Numbered from the stretch's first letter, positions 42,461 through 53,379 are shown. The stretch is DNA of 64,000 bases from Bryobacterales bacterium (GCA_963422375.2 OY729428.2:3552001-3616000), one strand, 5' to 3'. Notes: generated by a model from the letters alone, not told the origin. Made by a program: numbers and translations.

Positions 42461-42783
42461 GTCAATACCGACCTCGACGGCTTCCGGCAGCACCCCGGCC
42501 CATGCCGGGATTGGAAGCTGCCGCGGCCAAGGCTCGAGCCCGCACGATGCGGACCGCTGGATTGACCGTCCGCATCTGCCGAGAATCCGCAACGCAGGCA
42601 GCGGCAGCGCTTGCCCTTGTGATTAGATCGTTCCCGTTCCTTTCCCGCCGCGCTCGGCTCGCAGGGCGTCGGCCGCCCCGGCCGTCGTCCTCGACCGTCT
42701 CCAGCCATCGCTTGATCCAGCCCGGCATTCGCCCGTCTCTTTCGCGCCGCGCGATGGACCGCATCAAGTCTTGGGACCGACAT
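42461..42783 (-). pseudogene. IS200/IS605 TnpB C-terminal relic plus putative right end
   Basis: AGLDQAM..GRG, SNHKG..CRCLRCGFSADAD / (frameshift) VNPAVRI resembles the TnpB zinc ribbon and RuvC-III; downstream hairpin ending TTGAC. Confidence 0.5.
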
Positions 42784-42827
42784 CTCGCGTGCGGCCTCCG
42801 CGCCGGGAACGAGTGCGGTCGACGCCC

Positions 42828-45800
42828 TCAGAAGACGAACCTCAGTCCGAACTGGACGAGGCGCTGCGTGCGTTGGAACCGGCTCTCGCTGCCGGCCCTG
42901 GTAATCCGCCCCCTAGCCGGAGATGCGATGTTGGAAATCGGATTGTTGAAGTGAGGCGTGTTCGCAATGTTGAAAAACTCCGCCCTCAACTGGAGCCGTT
43001 TTCCCTCGCGAACTCTGAAGTTCTTGTGGAGTGAAAGATTCGCAAGCTTCGTCCCCGGTCCGAAGAGCAGGTTGCATCCCGAATTGCCAAACTGCCGGAA
43101 CGCAGGAGCCACGAATGCGTCCGTATCGAATCATCTCTGGATCGTCTGCTGGCTGTCGGGCAGATTTCCGTCAGCAATCCGGTCCGGCCTGGTTCCTTCA
43201 CCGATGTTCAGCGTATTCGGACCGGACGGAGAGAACAGATAGCCATCCGTCAACGTAAGCATCCCGTTGATCTTCCATCCGCCGAGGATTTGGTCGACAG
43301 CGGCAGGAGCGTCGCGGAGCAGCGCCTTGCCGCGGCCGACCGGCAAGTCGTATCCAAAGGTCGCGTTGACCGACTTGCGAAGATCCAAAGTGCTGTTGCC
43401 CCGATTCCCCGAGAGGTCCGTGATCGGCAAGCCGCCAGTTGACTCGGCAATGCTGTGCGCCCACGTGAAGTTGAGCTGGTACTGCAGGCCGCTCCAAAAG
43501 TGCTTGCGGAGAGTGGTTTGGAGGCTGTGATAGTTGGAATTTCCCCGAGTTTGCACGATCGTGACAGCAGCGTGATTCGGCCAGCTTCGCCGGCTGGCGA
43601 TGGGCCCGGACCCCGGGGTTGCTTGGTTGAAGCTGATCCCTTGACGCAATGCAGTTGCCTTCGATCCCACGTAGGCCACCGGCAACTGCTGCTGGGCCGG
43701 CAACTGCTGCTGGATCGGGAAATTCCATTGCTGGGTGTACGGAATGGCATAGCTGTCCGGATCGTAGCCCCGGCGACTCTGCCCTGGAGAGAGCAATTCC
43801 CTTACCCTGAGCGGGCCGTCAGCCAAGCCCCGGGCACCTGCGAAATTCCCTTGGGCGTTGTCGACTCGCGTGTTGACGAAAGAACGGCGCCTGCGCTAGG
43901 ATGCCGGCGTTAAGGTGAATCGGCTGGCCATTGTAGTAGACGCCGTATGCGGCGCGAACGACTGTGCCGTCCCCGATCCTGTACGCCAGCCCGACTCGAG
44001 GCACCCAGTTGTTCAGATCATTCGCAATGCCGCTTCGCCAAGGAAAAAGACCGTCGTTCACCCGAGCCGGATTCCCTGATTCTACGTCGAACTGAATCAA
44101 CCGGTCGCCAACTTCAGTCTGCGGGTAGTCCTCCAAGAGATCGTAGCGGAGACCGAGATTCAGCGAGAATTTCTGGGTTACCTTCCAGTCATCTTGGAAG
44201 TAGCCCGCGTAGTCCGTCCTACGCATTCCTCGGGTTCCCTGTATGTACACGAGCTGGACGTTCCCCGGTTTCCCTAGCAATAGCTCAGCCGGGCCGAATC
44301 CCGTTCTGCTAGCGCTGCCCGGATTGTTCGTAAATCTAAGACCGAACCCGAATTGTCCCCGAGGTCTCGACGTCTGGAAGCCGTTCGTGTGGCGACGCAC
44401 CGCATCGAACCCGAACCGGAAGCTGTGGTTTCCTCGGGTCATCTCGAGGTTGTCGCTGATCTGAATGTTGTTCATCGGGAGGATCGCTGGGTTCCAAAGT
44501 TTGTCCCCTAAGTTGGGGTACCCAGCGGCAGAGATAACGGACATTCCGGTCGTGAACTCATCCAAGTTTACGTTTGGAATGCCAAACTACTCGGCCGTGT
44601 TGCGGCCGCCATTCAACGAAGTGGCCGTCAAGTTCTCCCGCGTGAATCCGGCGCGGACCTGATTGATGGTTCTGGCATTGATGATCTGTGTGTGACTCAC
44701 CACGATCTGTGTCGCGGGTGCCTGGACTCGAACAAACGGCGTTGCCACCGGACCTAGAATATTTGCGAATCCGTTGACGAAATCGGTGCGGCCCCTCGTC
44801 AGCCGGAAGAATCCCCGCGACCCTCCACTGAAGTCTTGATCGATCTTGACAGTGCCTTGGTCGGCATCCTGGGTGTTGCCGGCCTCCGTAGCGAAGTTCG
44901 CCGCGAGACCGGGACCCGTCGGTTCCGGATAGAACCGCAGGATAGCCAGTCCTTGAGAGCTGAAGCGCGAGTCCGGTATCGAATTGTTCGCGAACGGCTC
45001 TCGGACGAGCTTGCGCGCTTTGTTCCGAATCGATGTGAGCGGATCGAAGATTCGGTTCCTGCCCGTCACCTCGCTGAAGTCACCGTTCCTCATCAGGTTC
45101 GTCGGGACGCTTGCGATATTCGTGGTGCTCTGCCGTGTTCGCGTCCCCTCATAGGAGACGAAGAAGAATGTCGAGCCTTCCTTGCGGCCGAGTGGCCCGC
45201 CCAACGTGGCCCCTAGCATGTTTCGCCGAAGCGGTGTCTTGTCATCGGTGTTGAAGAAATTCCTCGCGTCCAGGGCGTCGTTTCGCAGAAACCAGAACGC
45301 TGATCCGTGAAACTCGTTGGTGCCGGACTTGTAGCCCATGTTCAACGTCCCGCCCGTTCTTCCAAAGCGAGCGTCAGGCGCGGATGTCTCCACCCGATAT
45401 TGCTCGAGCGCTTCGATTTCTGGAAATACCATCACGCCCTGGCCTTGATGGTTGCTGTTGTTCTGGAGGCCATCGACCACGAAGTTGTTGTCGACCATGG
45501 CCCCGCCGTTCACGCTTGACACCGTGCTGCCTCGAATCTGCGACAGCGGCAGGCCCGAGTTATGGGGTTGGGCCAGAACGACTCCGGCGCTGTAGCGCAT
45601 CAGGTCCACGAAGTTGCGCGAGATGTTCGGGAGTTCCTTGACCTCCTCCTCGGAGCGAAGCGTACTCAATGTGGCGGTTTCGGTCTGCAGGACCGTCCCG
45701 ATGGCTTCCACATCGATTGACTCGGCCACGGTGCAGCGGTTCTAAATTTGGCCGTCAAGGGGGTGCGTGAACGTTGTTTCGGAGGATGAGGTGAATAAGT

Positions 45801-47797
45801 TGACCGAGAGGTTGCGCTCCCGAGGCCGCCCCGCGGGAGCGTCGGACGGCGGGCAGGGCCGTGGCGCGGCCCGCGTCGCGAGTCCGCGGAGTGCCGAGCC
45901 CGCGACCGGACGCACTCCGGCGGTAGCCGGCTTTGACGGCCGGACGCTCGCCGGACGCTGCCGGCACGAAACTGCGCGGAGCCTAGGCCCCGGCTGCCTG
46001 GCAGCCCGGAGGCGCGCGCCCGTCGCGCACCGCCGCCAGCAGCGTCGGCCAGTCCGGGAAGCGGAACCAGCGCAGCGCGACCTGCAGCTCCCGGAACAGG
46101 GCGCGGCGCGTGACCGGCTGGCGCCGGCACTGCTGCCACAGCGCGCAGACGCACTGCACCACGGCGTGGAGCGCGAAGGCGAACAGGTTCGGCACGGCCG
46201 GCACGTTGGCCAGCCCTTCCTTGCCGTGCCCGAAGTTGCGCTTGCAGTTGCGGCCGTGCCGCGCCAGGCAGTTGCAGCCCTCGTTCTCGATCTTCCAGCG
46301 CGCCCGGCCGGCCCGCGCGATCCGCTCCGCGTTGTCCGCGGTGACCGCGAGACCGGTGAAGAAGCTGTTGGCGCAGGCGCGCTTGCCGTCGCGCTCCACG
46401 GCGTACTTGAGCCAAGTGCCCCGCAGGGCGTCGCGGCCCTGGCGCAGGGGCGCCGCGGCCGTCCAGCGGAAACGGTGCCGCTCGGAGCGCTTGCCCTTCC
46501 CGCGCCGCGGCAGCCAGCCGGTCGAGCGCACCGCGCCGCTCGCCCGCCGGCTCTCCAGCTCCTCGTACAATCCCTTGTGGGATCCGGGCTTGCATACCCG
46601 GATGTAGTCCATGCCGGCCGCCGCGGCGGCCTCGCAGAGCGGCTGGCAGCAGTACAGGTCATCGCCCGGCAGAACGGGGCGGCAGGCCTGCAGCCAGGCG
46701 CCCTGAGCGGCGATCCAGCGCTTGGCGGCGTTGCGCTCGCAGTCCTGCTTGCGCTCGTCCTCGCTCATGTCGGCGCGGGTCGCGGCCGCGTCCTGCTGCG
46801 GGCGCGCGAACTCGGGCATCAGCGGCAGGACGGTGGCGTGGCCGTCGGCCACCGCGGTGGCCGACGGCCATGGCGTGGAAGTGATGCGGTCGGCGCTCGC
46901 TGCCGACGTGCCGCACCGAGCACTGCGGGCAATGCACCCTGTCGGAGCGGTGGAACCGGACGCCGTCCGGAGCCGCCGGCAGGCGCCCGTCGAGGCGCTG
47001 GAAGGGCTCGAGCGCGCCCTGCGCGGCCACGGTTTCCAGGCACGGCCGGAACGGCGGGTCGAACGCGGCCGGGTCGCGGTCGTCGAGCAAGTTGCGGATC
47101 CGCTTGTCGCAGGGGATGCGGCCCGCGCCGAACAGGGTCCGGCAGTTGGAGCGGGAGCCGTCCCGCTCCATGCGCCGCTGGAACGCGAGGAACGACTCGC
47201 ACCGGGTGCAGAAGCAGGCCGGGGCGCACCAGGGCGCAACCGGCGGCGTCGCTGACCTCGTAGCGCTTGTTGCGCTTGTTGCGACCGTCGCGCCGGTCGG
47301 CGGCCGTCTCGCGGAAGGCGCTCAGCAGTGAGTCCAGAACATGGGGCATACACCCTGGCTCACAAATTCCGCAAGCAAAAGTCAAGTGCCAGACTGCCTT
47401 CGACACCTTTCTCAGACACTCTGGAAATCCCAAAATGCCCAAATTGAGAATTGCTGGCCACGGTGCCAACTTCGAGTTCGAAGTCGACCGCGATTCTCTC
47501 TGACAGATTTAGCGCGACTTCCTTCGCTGCCGTCCGAAGGCCGTCGCTGGAAGCCGTGATTCGGTAGGTTCCTGGTGGCAGCGGCGGGGTAACGTACAGT
47601 CCGGACGCGTTGGTCTCCCGAGTCAGCCGGTAATTCGTGCCGGTGTTGAGGACCTCAACGTTCGCGCCCGGAATGACCGCCCCCGTGCCGTCGGCAATGG
47701 TGCCGCTCAGTACGCCCGTGTCGACTTGTGCAACTAGTGCGGCGCTGCAAGCGAGCAGCGCAATGAAGATCTGTTCCGTCTGCGTGCTGTGTCGCAT
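42828..47797 (-). pseudogene. Oar-like TonB-dependent receptor interrupted by an IS, two nonsense codons and a frameshift
   Basis: Signal peptide plus carboxypeptidase-regulatory domain (47457-47797); KSGTNEFHGS, RNDALDARNFF, YFQDDWK, NLGLRY, terminal QFGLRFVF. TAG at 44587, +1 shift near 43880, TGA at 43131. Confidence 0.9.
45734..47456 (-). mobile_element. ISNCY-like DDE element, copy 1 (frameshifted transposase)
   Basis: TIRs CAGCGGTTCTAAATTTGG / CCAAATTGAGAATTGCTG; 9-bp duplication GCCACGGTG (45725-45733, 47457-47465); KQDCERNAAKRW, GRARWKIENE, NFGHGK. Confidence 0.88.
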
Positions 47798-47938
47798 CTC
47801 GACCCCTCCTGAGGAATTCCGGAGCCAGCGCAAATCACCGGTCGGGCCCGACTTGATGCAACCCTACGCTTCGAACGCTGATCGTAGCGGCAGGGCGCCC
47901 TTCGGTGGATTCGGCTGCCGGTCCTGTCCACGGTCGGC

Positions 47939-47967
47939 ATCCTACCCGCATAGGGGATTCTTGTCAA
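47939..47967 (-). promoter_or_regulatory. Sigma70-type promoter of the TonB receptor gene
   Basis: TTGACA-N17-TAGGAT on the minus strand. Confidence 0.6.
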
Positions 47968-48105
47968 CGCCCTTTCCGCCTCAGGGTTGCGCCAAACACA
48001 CATGAACGCGGTGCCTTCTCCCCGCGGGCATCAAATCGGGCGCGAGCGCGGGAGCGCCGGGTTGCGACCATGGATGACGGAGGCGGGGAGAGCACGTCAT
48101 TGCTT

Positions 48106-49572
48106 GGGAATGATATATCTGAATGCCGACGACGCCATGTTCGGTTGGAATTGCTCTTATCGGGGAGGTCGGCGCCCGGCTCGGGTTAGTCGTGGGCGGT
48201 CGCGGTAGGCACCGAAAGGTGGATTCGTATCTGAATCGCACCTGCAAGCGGATTGCACGGCGCACGGGACTAGAGAGGCCGCGTGGCACGCCCCGGTGGA
48301 ACCCGGCTTGCCGTGGAGAGGCACCCCTGCCAAGCCGATTTCATGCCCTCCGAGGGCCGCGGACACTGGATCCCCAGCTCGGGACTGCCTGCATGAATTG
48401 TCCGGGCTGGACAGGGACCGCGCCGGGGAAATCCGGATCCGGAGCGCCCTTCAGACCGGGCGTGAAGAGAGCCCGTAACGGGCCGCCGCGCTCAGGCCGC
48501 GACCGCGGCCTTGCCGATTCAGCGTCTTGCCGACCAAGCCCCGAGTCATGCGCCGCATCCGTTCCGCCGTGTCGCAGTCGCGGTCGTTGCGCCGTCCCGC
48601 GAACTCCGTGAGGTAGCGGCCGAGATGACGGACGCTCATCCGGTGATAGGTTCCGTACAGGCCGCGCTTGAACAGGGACCAAAACGACTCGATGCCGTTC
48701 GTATGCGCTGCCCCGCGCACGTACTCGCCGCCGGAGTGCCTGACGGCTTCGTGCGAGAACTCCGCCATGCCGGCGTAGGCCGCCGCCTCGTCGGAGCGGA
48801 CCTGCGCCCCCGGCGCGACGCGGGCGCGCACGAAGCCCTGCAGGTCGCCCTTGGCGGTGCCCGGCAGCGGCCGCGCGGCCACTGCGTTCCTGGCGCGGTC
48901 CCGCGCGCCCGCCACCGGGGTCTTGCCGACGGGCCCGCGCCCGGCGCGGGCCTTCTTGCTCTCGTGCTGGTTGCGTTCCTTGCCGCCGACGTAGGTCTCG
49001 TCCACCTCCACCGGGCCGGCGAACGGGCCCCGATCCCGCTCCCGGCACGCGCGGATGCGGTGCGCCAGGTGCCGGGCCGACTTCCGGTTGATGCCTAGGT
49101 CGCGGTGCAGCTGCATGCTCGAGACGCCCTTGATGCCGGTGGTCAGCAGGAACAGGGCGACGGCCCGGGTGCGGTAGCCGAGCTTGGTGTCGGCCATCAC
49201 GCTGCCGGTGCGCACGGCAAAGCGCTTGCCGCAGCCGCGGCAACGGTACGGCATCGAAGGGTGGGCCGCGCCGGACTGCACGCTGGAGCCGCGGCAGTGG
49301 GGGCACGCGGGACCGTCCGGCCAGCGCATGGAGGCGAACCACTTTTCCGCGGATTCGTCATCGGGGAACATGGCGATCACTTCCATCAATGTGATACCTT
49401 TACGGAACCACTTTCCGGGACCTGATTTCTTCATTTACGGTATCCCCTGCTGGAACTATTCTACCAAGAAACACCACAGAATATCAACGGAAAGTCGGAA
49501 GAAATATGAAATCTTATTATGGCTTGATAATTTGCCGACTTGATTCCCTCGGCACTCAGATATATAATTCCC
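48106..49572 (-). mobile_element. IS1595-family element of a second type
   Basis: TIRs GGGAATGATATATCTGAATGCCGA / TCGGCACTCAGATATATAATTCCC; no exact target duplication seen. Confidence 0.8.
48451..49434 (-). CDS. IS1595-family transposase (degenerate)
   Basis: RWPDGPACPHC, VEVDETYVGG, HTNGIESFWSLFKRG, RYLTEF. Confidence 0.85.
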   Translation of the reverse strand: MKKSGPGKWFRKGITLMEVIAMFPDDESAEKWFASMRWPDGPACPHCRGSSVQSGAAHPSMPYRCRGCGKRFAVRTGSVMADTKLGYRTRAVALFLLTTGIKGVSSMQLHRDLGINRKSARHLAHRIRACRERDRGPFAGPVEVDETYVGGKERNQHESKKARAGRGPVGKTPVAGARDRARNAVAARPLPGTAKGDLQGFVRARVAPGAQVRSDEAAAYAGMAEFSHEAVRHSGGEYVRGAAHTNGIESFWSLFKRGLYGTYHRMSVRHLGRYLTEFAGRRNDRDCDTAERMRRMTRGLVGKTLNRQGRGRGLSAAARYGLSSRPV

Positions 49573-49656
49573 ATTCGAATGACCCGAGCCAGACGCCGAC
49601 CTCCCTGCTCAGAGCAGTTCTCGTCGGACATGGCGTTGTCGGCACTCAGATATATA

Positions 49657-49911
49657 GTGCTTGTGACAAAACCCCTGAATTCTGGCCTGATCAGCATTTC
49701 ATACTACATCCTGATGTCGGATGGATCTCCAAATACAACATATAGGGCCCAAGGTCGGAAGTTGCTCAGCCGCCAATCACGAAGATTTCCGCGCTCTACC
49801 CAGAATTGGCAGGATTTCGGACTAGTCGTAGCATTCCAGTGAAATCTTCGCCTTGAGAGATTGGACCTAACGCCTTTGTTGTCAAGGGTATACGAGTTTT
49901 GTCACAGGCAC
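49657..49911. mobile_element. 255-bp MITE-like element inserted in an IS1595 terminal repeat
   Basis: TIRs GTGCTTGTGACAAAAC / GTTTTGTCACAGGCAC; TATATA on both sides (49651-49656, 49912-49917); AT-rich interior. Confidence 0.65.
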
Positions 49912-49925
49912 TATATAATTCCCTT

Positions 49926-50958
49926 CCTGACTACCCACAAGACTCAGCAAAGGGTAGGAGGCGGTACGGCATGGGCGGGGTGCGCACGGAGGCGTGGAGC
50001 AGGCGGGGGACCAGCGCCTCCAGGTCGTAGCGGCGGTTGAAGCGGTAGCGGAACTCGGCGAGGTACCGCGGCAGATGCTTGCCGTCGAGCGCAGGGCAGG
50101 TTCCCGCCAGGGACTGCTTGACGTGCGCCAGCATCGTGTTGACCCGGACGAAGCGGGAATCCCCGCAGCTCCGCTGCCCGCCTCCGGTGACGGTCGGCAC
50201 GTGCTCGCAGCCGGCGTCGGCCACGTCCCGCAAGCAGGCCGGGCCGTCGGAATGCACCTCCGTGCCGGGCTGCAAGTGCCGCCCGGCCCACGCTGCCAGC
50301 GTCTTCTTGCGCAAGCCCGCCACGCCGCTCATGCGCATCCTTGCCGGCTTGCCGGCGGCGGCGACCTGCACGGCGGCGACGAACGGCGTCTTGCCCGCCG
50401 CGCCGCGACCGCGCGTGCCGCCGGTCCGCTCCCCGCCCCGGCAGGCGTCGTCCGCCTGCACGATGCCGCCCGGCGGCACGCGCTCGTCGCGCTCCTTCAG
50501 CACTGGCAGGAGCTTGTGCTTCACCTTCCAGGCCGTGTTCCGGCTGACCCCCAGCTGCCGCGCCAGTTCCAGCGACGAAACGCCGTGCTGGCCCTGCGTC
50601 GGCAGGTGGAGCGCCAGGAACCGGACGGTCAGCGGCAGCTTGGTGGCGGCGAAGATCGTGCCGGCGACGAGGGAGGTCCGGCGGTGGCAGGCATGGCACT
50701 GCCAGAGCTTGCGGGAGCGGATGCGGCAGTGCCGCCGGGAGCCGCACTCCGGGCAGCGGAAGCCGTCCGGCCAGCGGGCGTTGAAGACGGCGCGCTCGCA
50801 TGGCCCCTCGCTGCCGTAGTGCTGCAGGAACTTGCCCGGACTGAGTCCCTTCTGGAATTGCACGCGATTGCGTTTCATCTGCTATCCCCTTTCCTAGCAG
50901 AGATTTCCGACCTCCTCCAGTATGGCATATCCTCGACTGACGTTCGTTGGTAATCAGG
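49926..50958 (-). mobile_element. IS1595-family insertion sequence, copy B (1033 bp)
   Basis: Same ends and length as 3640-4672; 8-bp duplication ATTCCCTT at 49918-49925 and 50959-50966. Confidence 0.92.
49931..50878 (-). CDS. IS1595 transposase, heavily substituted, probably inactive
   Basis: 315 aa, colinear with copy A; L>P, W>R and Y>C changes at normally conserved sites. Confidence 0.85.
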   Translation of the reverse strand: MKRNRVQFQKGLSPGKFLQHYGSEGPCERAVFNARWPDGFRCPECGSRRHCRIRSRKLWQCHACHRRTSLVAGTIFAATKLPLTVRFLALHLPTQGQHGVSSLELARQLGVSRNTAWKVKHKLLPVLKERDERVPPGGIVQADDACRGGERTGGTRGRGAAGKTPFVAAVQVAAAGKPARMRMSGVAGLRKKTLAAWAGRHLQPGTEVHSDGPACLRDVADAGCEHVPTVTGGGQRSCGDSRFVRVNTMLAHVKQSLAGTCPALDGKHLPRYLAEFRYRFNRRYDLEALVPRLLHASVRTPPMPYRLLPFAESCG

Positions 50959-50965
50959 ATTCCCT

Positions 50966-51225
50966 TTACTTGAGGTGCAGCACTGGGGACGCCGCAGCCC
51001 CGACTCGCTACGCACTTGGATCGGCGAGGCTCGCAACTTTCGGGTGCAGATAGCCAGCGTGCTGAGGAAGAACCCGGGGCTCAAGGGGAAGCTCGACGAA
51101 GCGTTCACCGAAGCTTAGAAGGACGGGCGCGCCTACGCCGTAGCCCAGCTGGTCGGCAACGAGGAATCCGCCGGAGGTGCGACCGCAGCCACCCGGCGCA
51201 AGTGGCGCTCCGCCATCCCCGCCAG
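50966..51225 (+). pseudogene. DUF29-like protein fragment
   Basis: LLEVQHW...SLRTWIGEARNFRVQIASVLRKNPGLKGKLDEAFTEA*KDGR; 5' part lost at the IS nest. Confidence 0.5.
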
Positions 51226-51394
51226 GGCGGCGAGACACACGAGGACTCTTGACCGCCCGCAGTCGAGGGGGTTCTGTGCGACTGCCTGTCCGAGCGCAGC
51301 CCGGGCCAAGAGCCGTGAGGGTCCCCACTGCCCGAGCTGCCGAGCCCATGCCTCGCGTGGCTCGGCGCCGGATCGGCACCGCAGGCGACGGTTG

Positions 51395-51670
51395 CTAGTT
51401 CGTGCTCTTGACGCCGCCTCTCCTGCCGGTGGCGATGGCGCGGGAGGGGTCGACTCGCCGCACGCGGTGGTTGTCGGAGTCGGCGATGTATGGGCTGCCG
51501 CGGGCGTCCAGCGCCACGCCTTGGGGCCGGTCCATGCGGGCGGCCGCGACGGGCCCGCCGTCGCTGCCCTCGGCGCCGCTGCCGGCGACGGCGGTGGCAT
51601 ATCCGGGTTGGGTCCCGGCGGGCGTCAGGGCGAGGAGCGCAGCGAAGTACAAGCCTCCGCAGCCGCCCAA
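51395..51670 (-). pseudogene. NHL-repeat protein relic (single repeat)
   Basis: VAGSG..G.DGGP...ARMDRPQGVALDARG..YIADSDNHRVRRVD after a signal-like segment. Confidence 0.7.
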
Positions 51671-51773
51671 GGCCTTAGCCTTTTCGCGGGGGGAAGGGCA
51701 GGAATCTATCGTCCCACCAGGGGCGCGCCGCGTCCAATGTGGGTATTTCGGTCAAGAAGGATCGCCCATTCGG

Positions 51774-53379
51774 CAGCGATTCTCAATTTGGGCATTTTGG
51801 GATTTCCAGAGTGTCTGAGAAAGGTGTCGAAGGCAGTCTGGCACTTGACTTTTCCTTGCGGAATTTGTGAGCTAGGGTGTATGCCCCATGTCCTGGACTC
51901 ACTGCTGAGCGCCTTCCGCGAGACGGCCGCCGGCCTGCCCGACCGGCGCGACGGTCGCCGCAACAAGCGCTACGCGGTCAGCGACGCCGCCGGTTGCGCC
52001 CTGGTGCGCCCCGGCCTGCTTCTGCACCCGGTGCGAGTCGTTCCTCGCGTTCCAGCGGCGCATGGAGCGGGACGGCTCGCGCTCCAACTGCCGGACCCTG
52101 TTCGGCGTGGGCCGCATCCCCTGCGACAAGCGGATCCACAACTTGCTCGACGACCTCGACCCGGCCGCGTGCGACCCGCTGTTCCGGCCGTGCCTCGCAA
52201 CCGTGGCCGCGCAGGGCGCGCTCGAGCCCTTCCAGCGCCTCGACGAGCGCCTGCCGGCGGCTCCGGACGGCGTCCGGTTCCACCGCTCCGACACGGTGCG
52301 TTGCCCGCACTGCTCGGTGCGGCGCGTCGGCAAGGACGCGGCCGCGACCCGCGCCGACATGAGCGAGGACGAGCGCAAGCGGGACTGCGAGCGCAACGCC
52401 GCCAAGCGCTGGATCGCCGCTCGCGGCGCCTGGCTGCAGGCCTGCCGCCCCGTCCTGCCGGGCGACGACCTGCTACTGCTGCCAGCCGCTCTGCGAGGCC
52501 GCCGCGGCGGCCGGCATGGACTGCATCCGGGTAGGCAAGCCCGGATCCCGCAAGCACTTGTACGAGGTGCCGGAGAGCCGGCGGGCGAGCGGCGCGGGAA
52601 GGGCAAGCGCTCCGAGCGGCACCGTTTCCGCCGGACGGCCGCGGCGCCCCTGCGCCAGGGCCGCGACGCCCCGCGGGGCACTTGGCTCGAGTACGCCGTG
52701 GAGCGCGACGGCAAGCGCACCTGCGCCAGCAGCTTCTTCGCCAGTCTCGCGGTCAGCGCGGACAACGCGGAGCGGATCGCGCGCGCCGGCCGGGCGCGCT
52801 GGAAGATCGAGAACGAGGGCTGCAACTGCCTGGCGCGGCACGGCCGCAACTGCAAGCGCAACTTCGGGCACGGCAAGGAAGGGCTGGCCAACGTGCCGGC
52901 CGTGCCGAACCTGTTCGCCTTCGCGCTCCACGCCGTGGTGCAGTGCGTCTGCGCGCTGTGGCAGCAGTGCCGGCGCCAGCCGGTCACGCGCCGCGCCCTG
53001 TTCCGGGAGCTGCAGGTCGCGCTGCGCTGGTTCCGCTTCCCGGACCGGCCGACGCTGCTGGCGGCGGTGCGCGCCGGACGCGCGCCTCCGGGCTGCCGGG
53101 CGGCCGGGCGGCCGGGCGGCCGGGGCCTGGACTCCGCGCAGTTTCGTGCCGGCAGCGGCCGGCCAGCGGCCGGCCGGCAAAGCCGGCTACCGCCGGAGTG
53201 CGTCCGGCCGCGGGCTCGGCACTCCGCGGACCCGCGACGCGGGCCGCACCACGGCCCTGCCCGCCGTCCGACGCTCCCGCGGGGCGGCCTCGGGAGCGCA
53301 ACCTCTCGGTCAACTTATTCACCTCATCCTCCGAAACAACGTTCACGCACCCCCTTGACGGCCAAATTTAGAACCGCTG
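51774..53379 (+). mobile_element. ISNCY-like DDE element, copy 2 (internal deletions, frameshifts)
   Basis: CAGCGATTCTCAATTTGG...AAATTTAGAACCGCTG; 9-bp duplication CCCATTCGG (51765-51773, 53380-53388). Confidence 0.88.

Noticed and set aside
45734..53379. Two inverted ISNCY-like copies as a composite transposon
   Set aside because: Each copy has its own different 9-bp target duplication, so they inserted independently.
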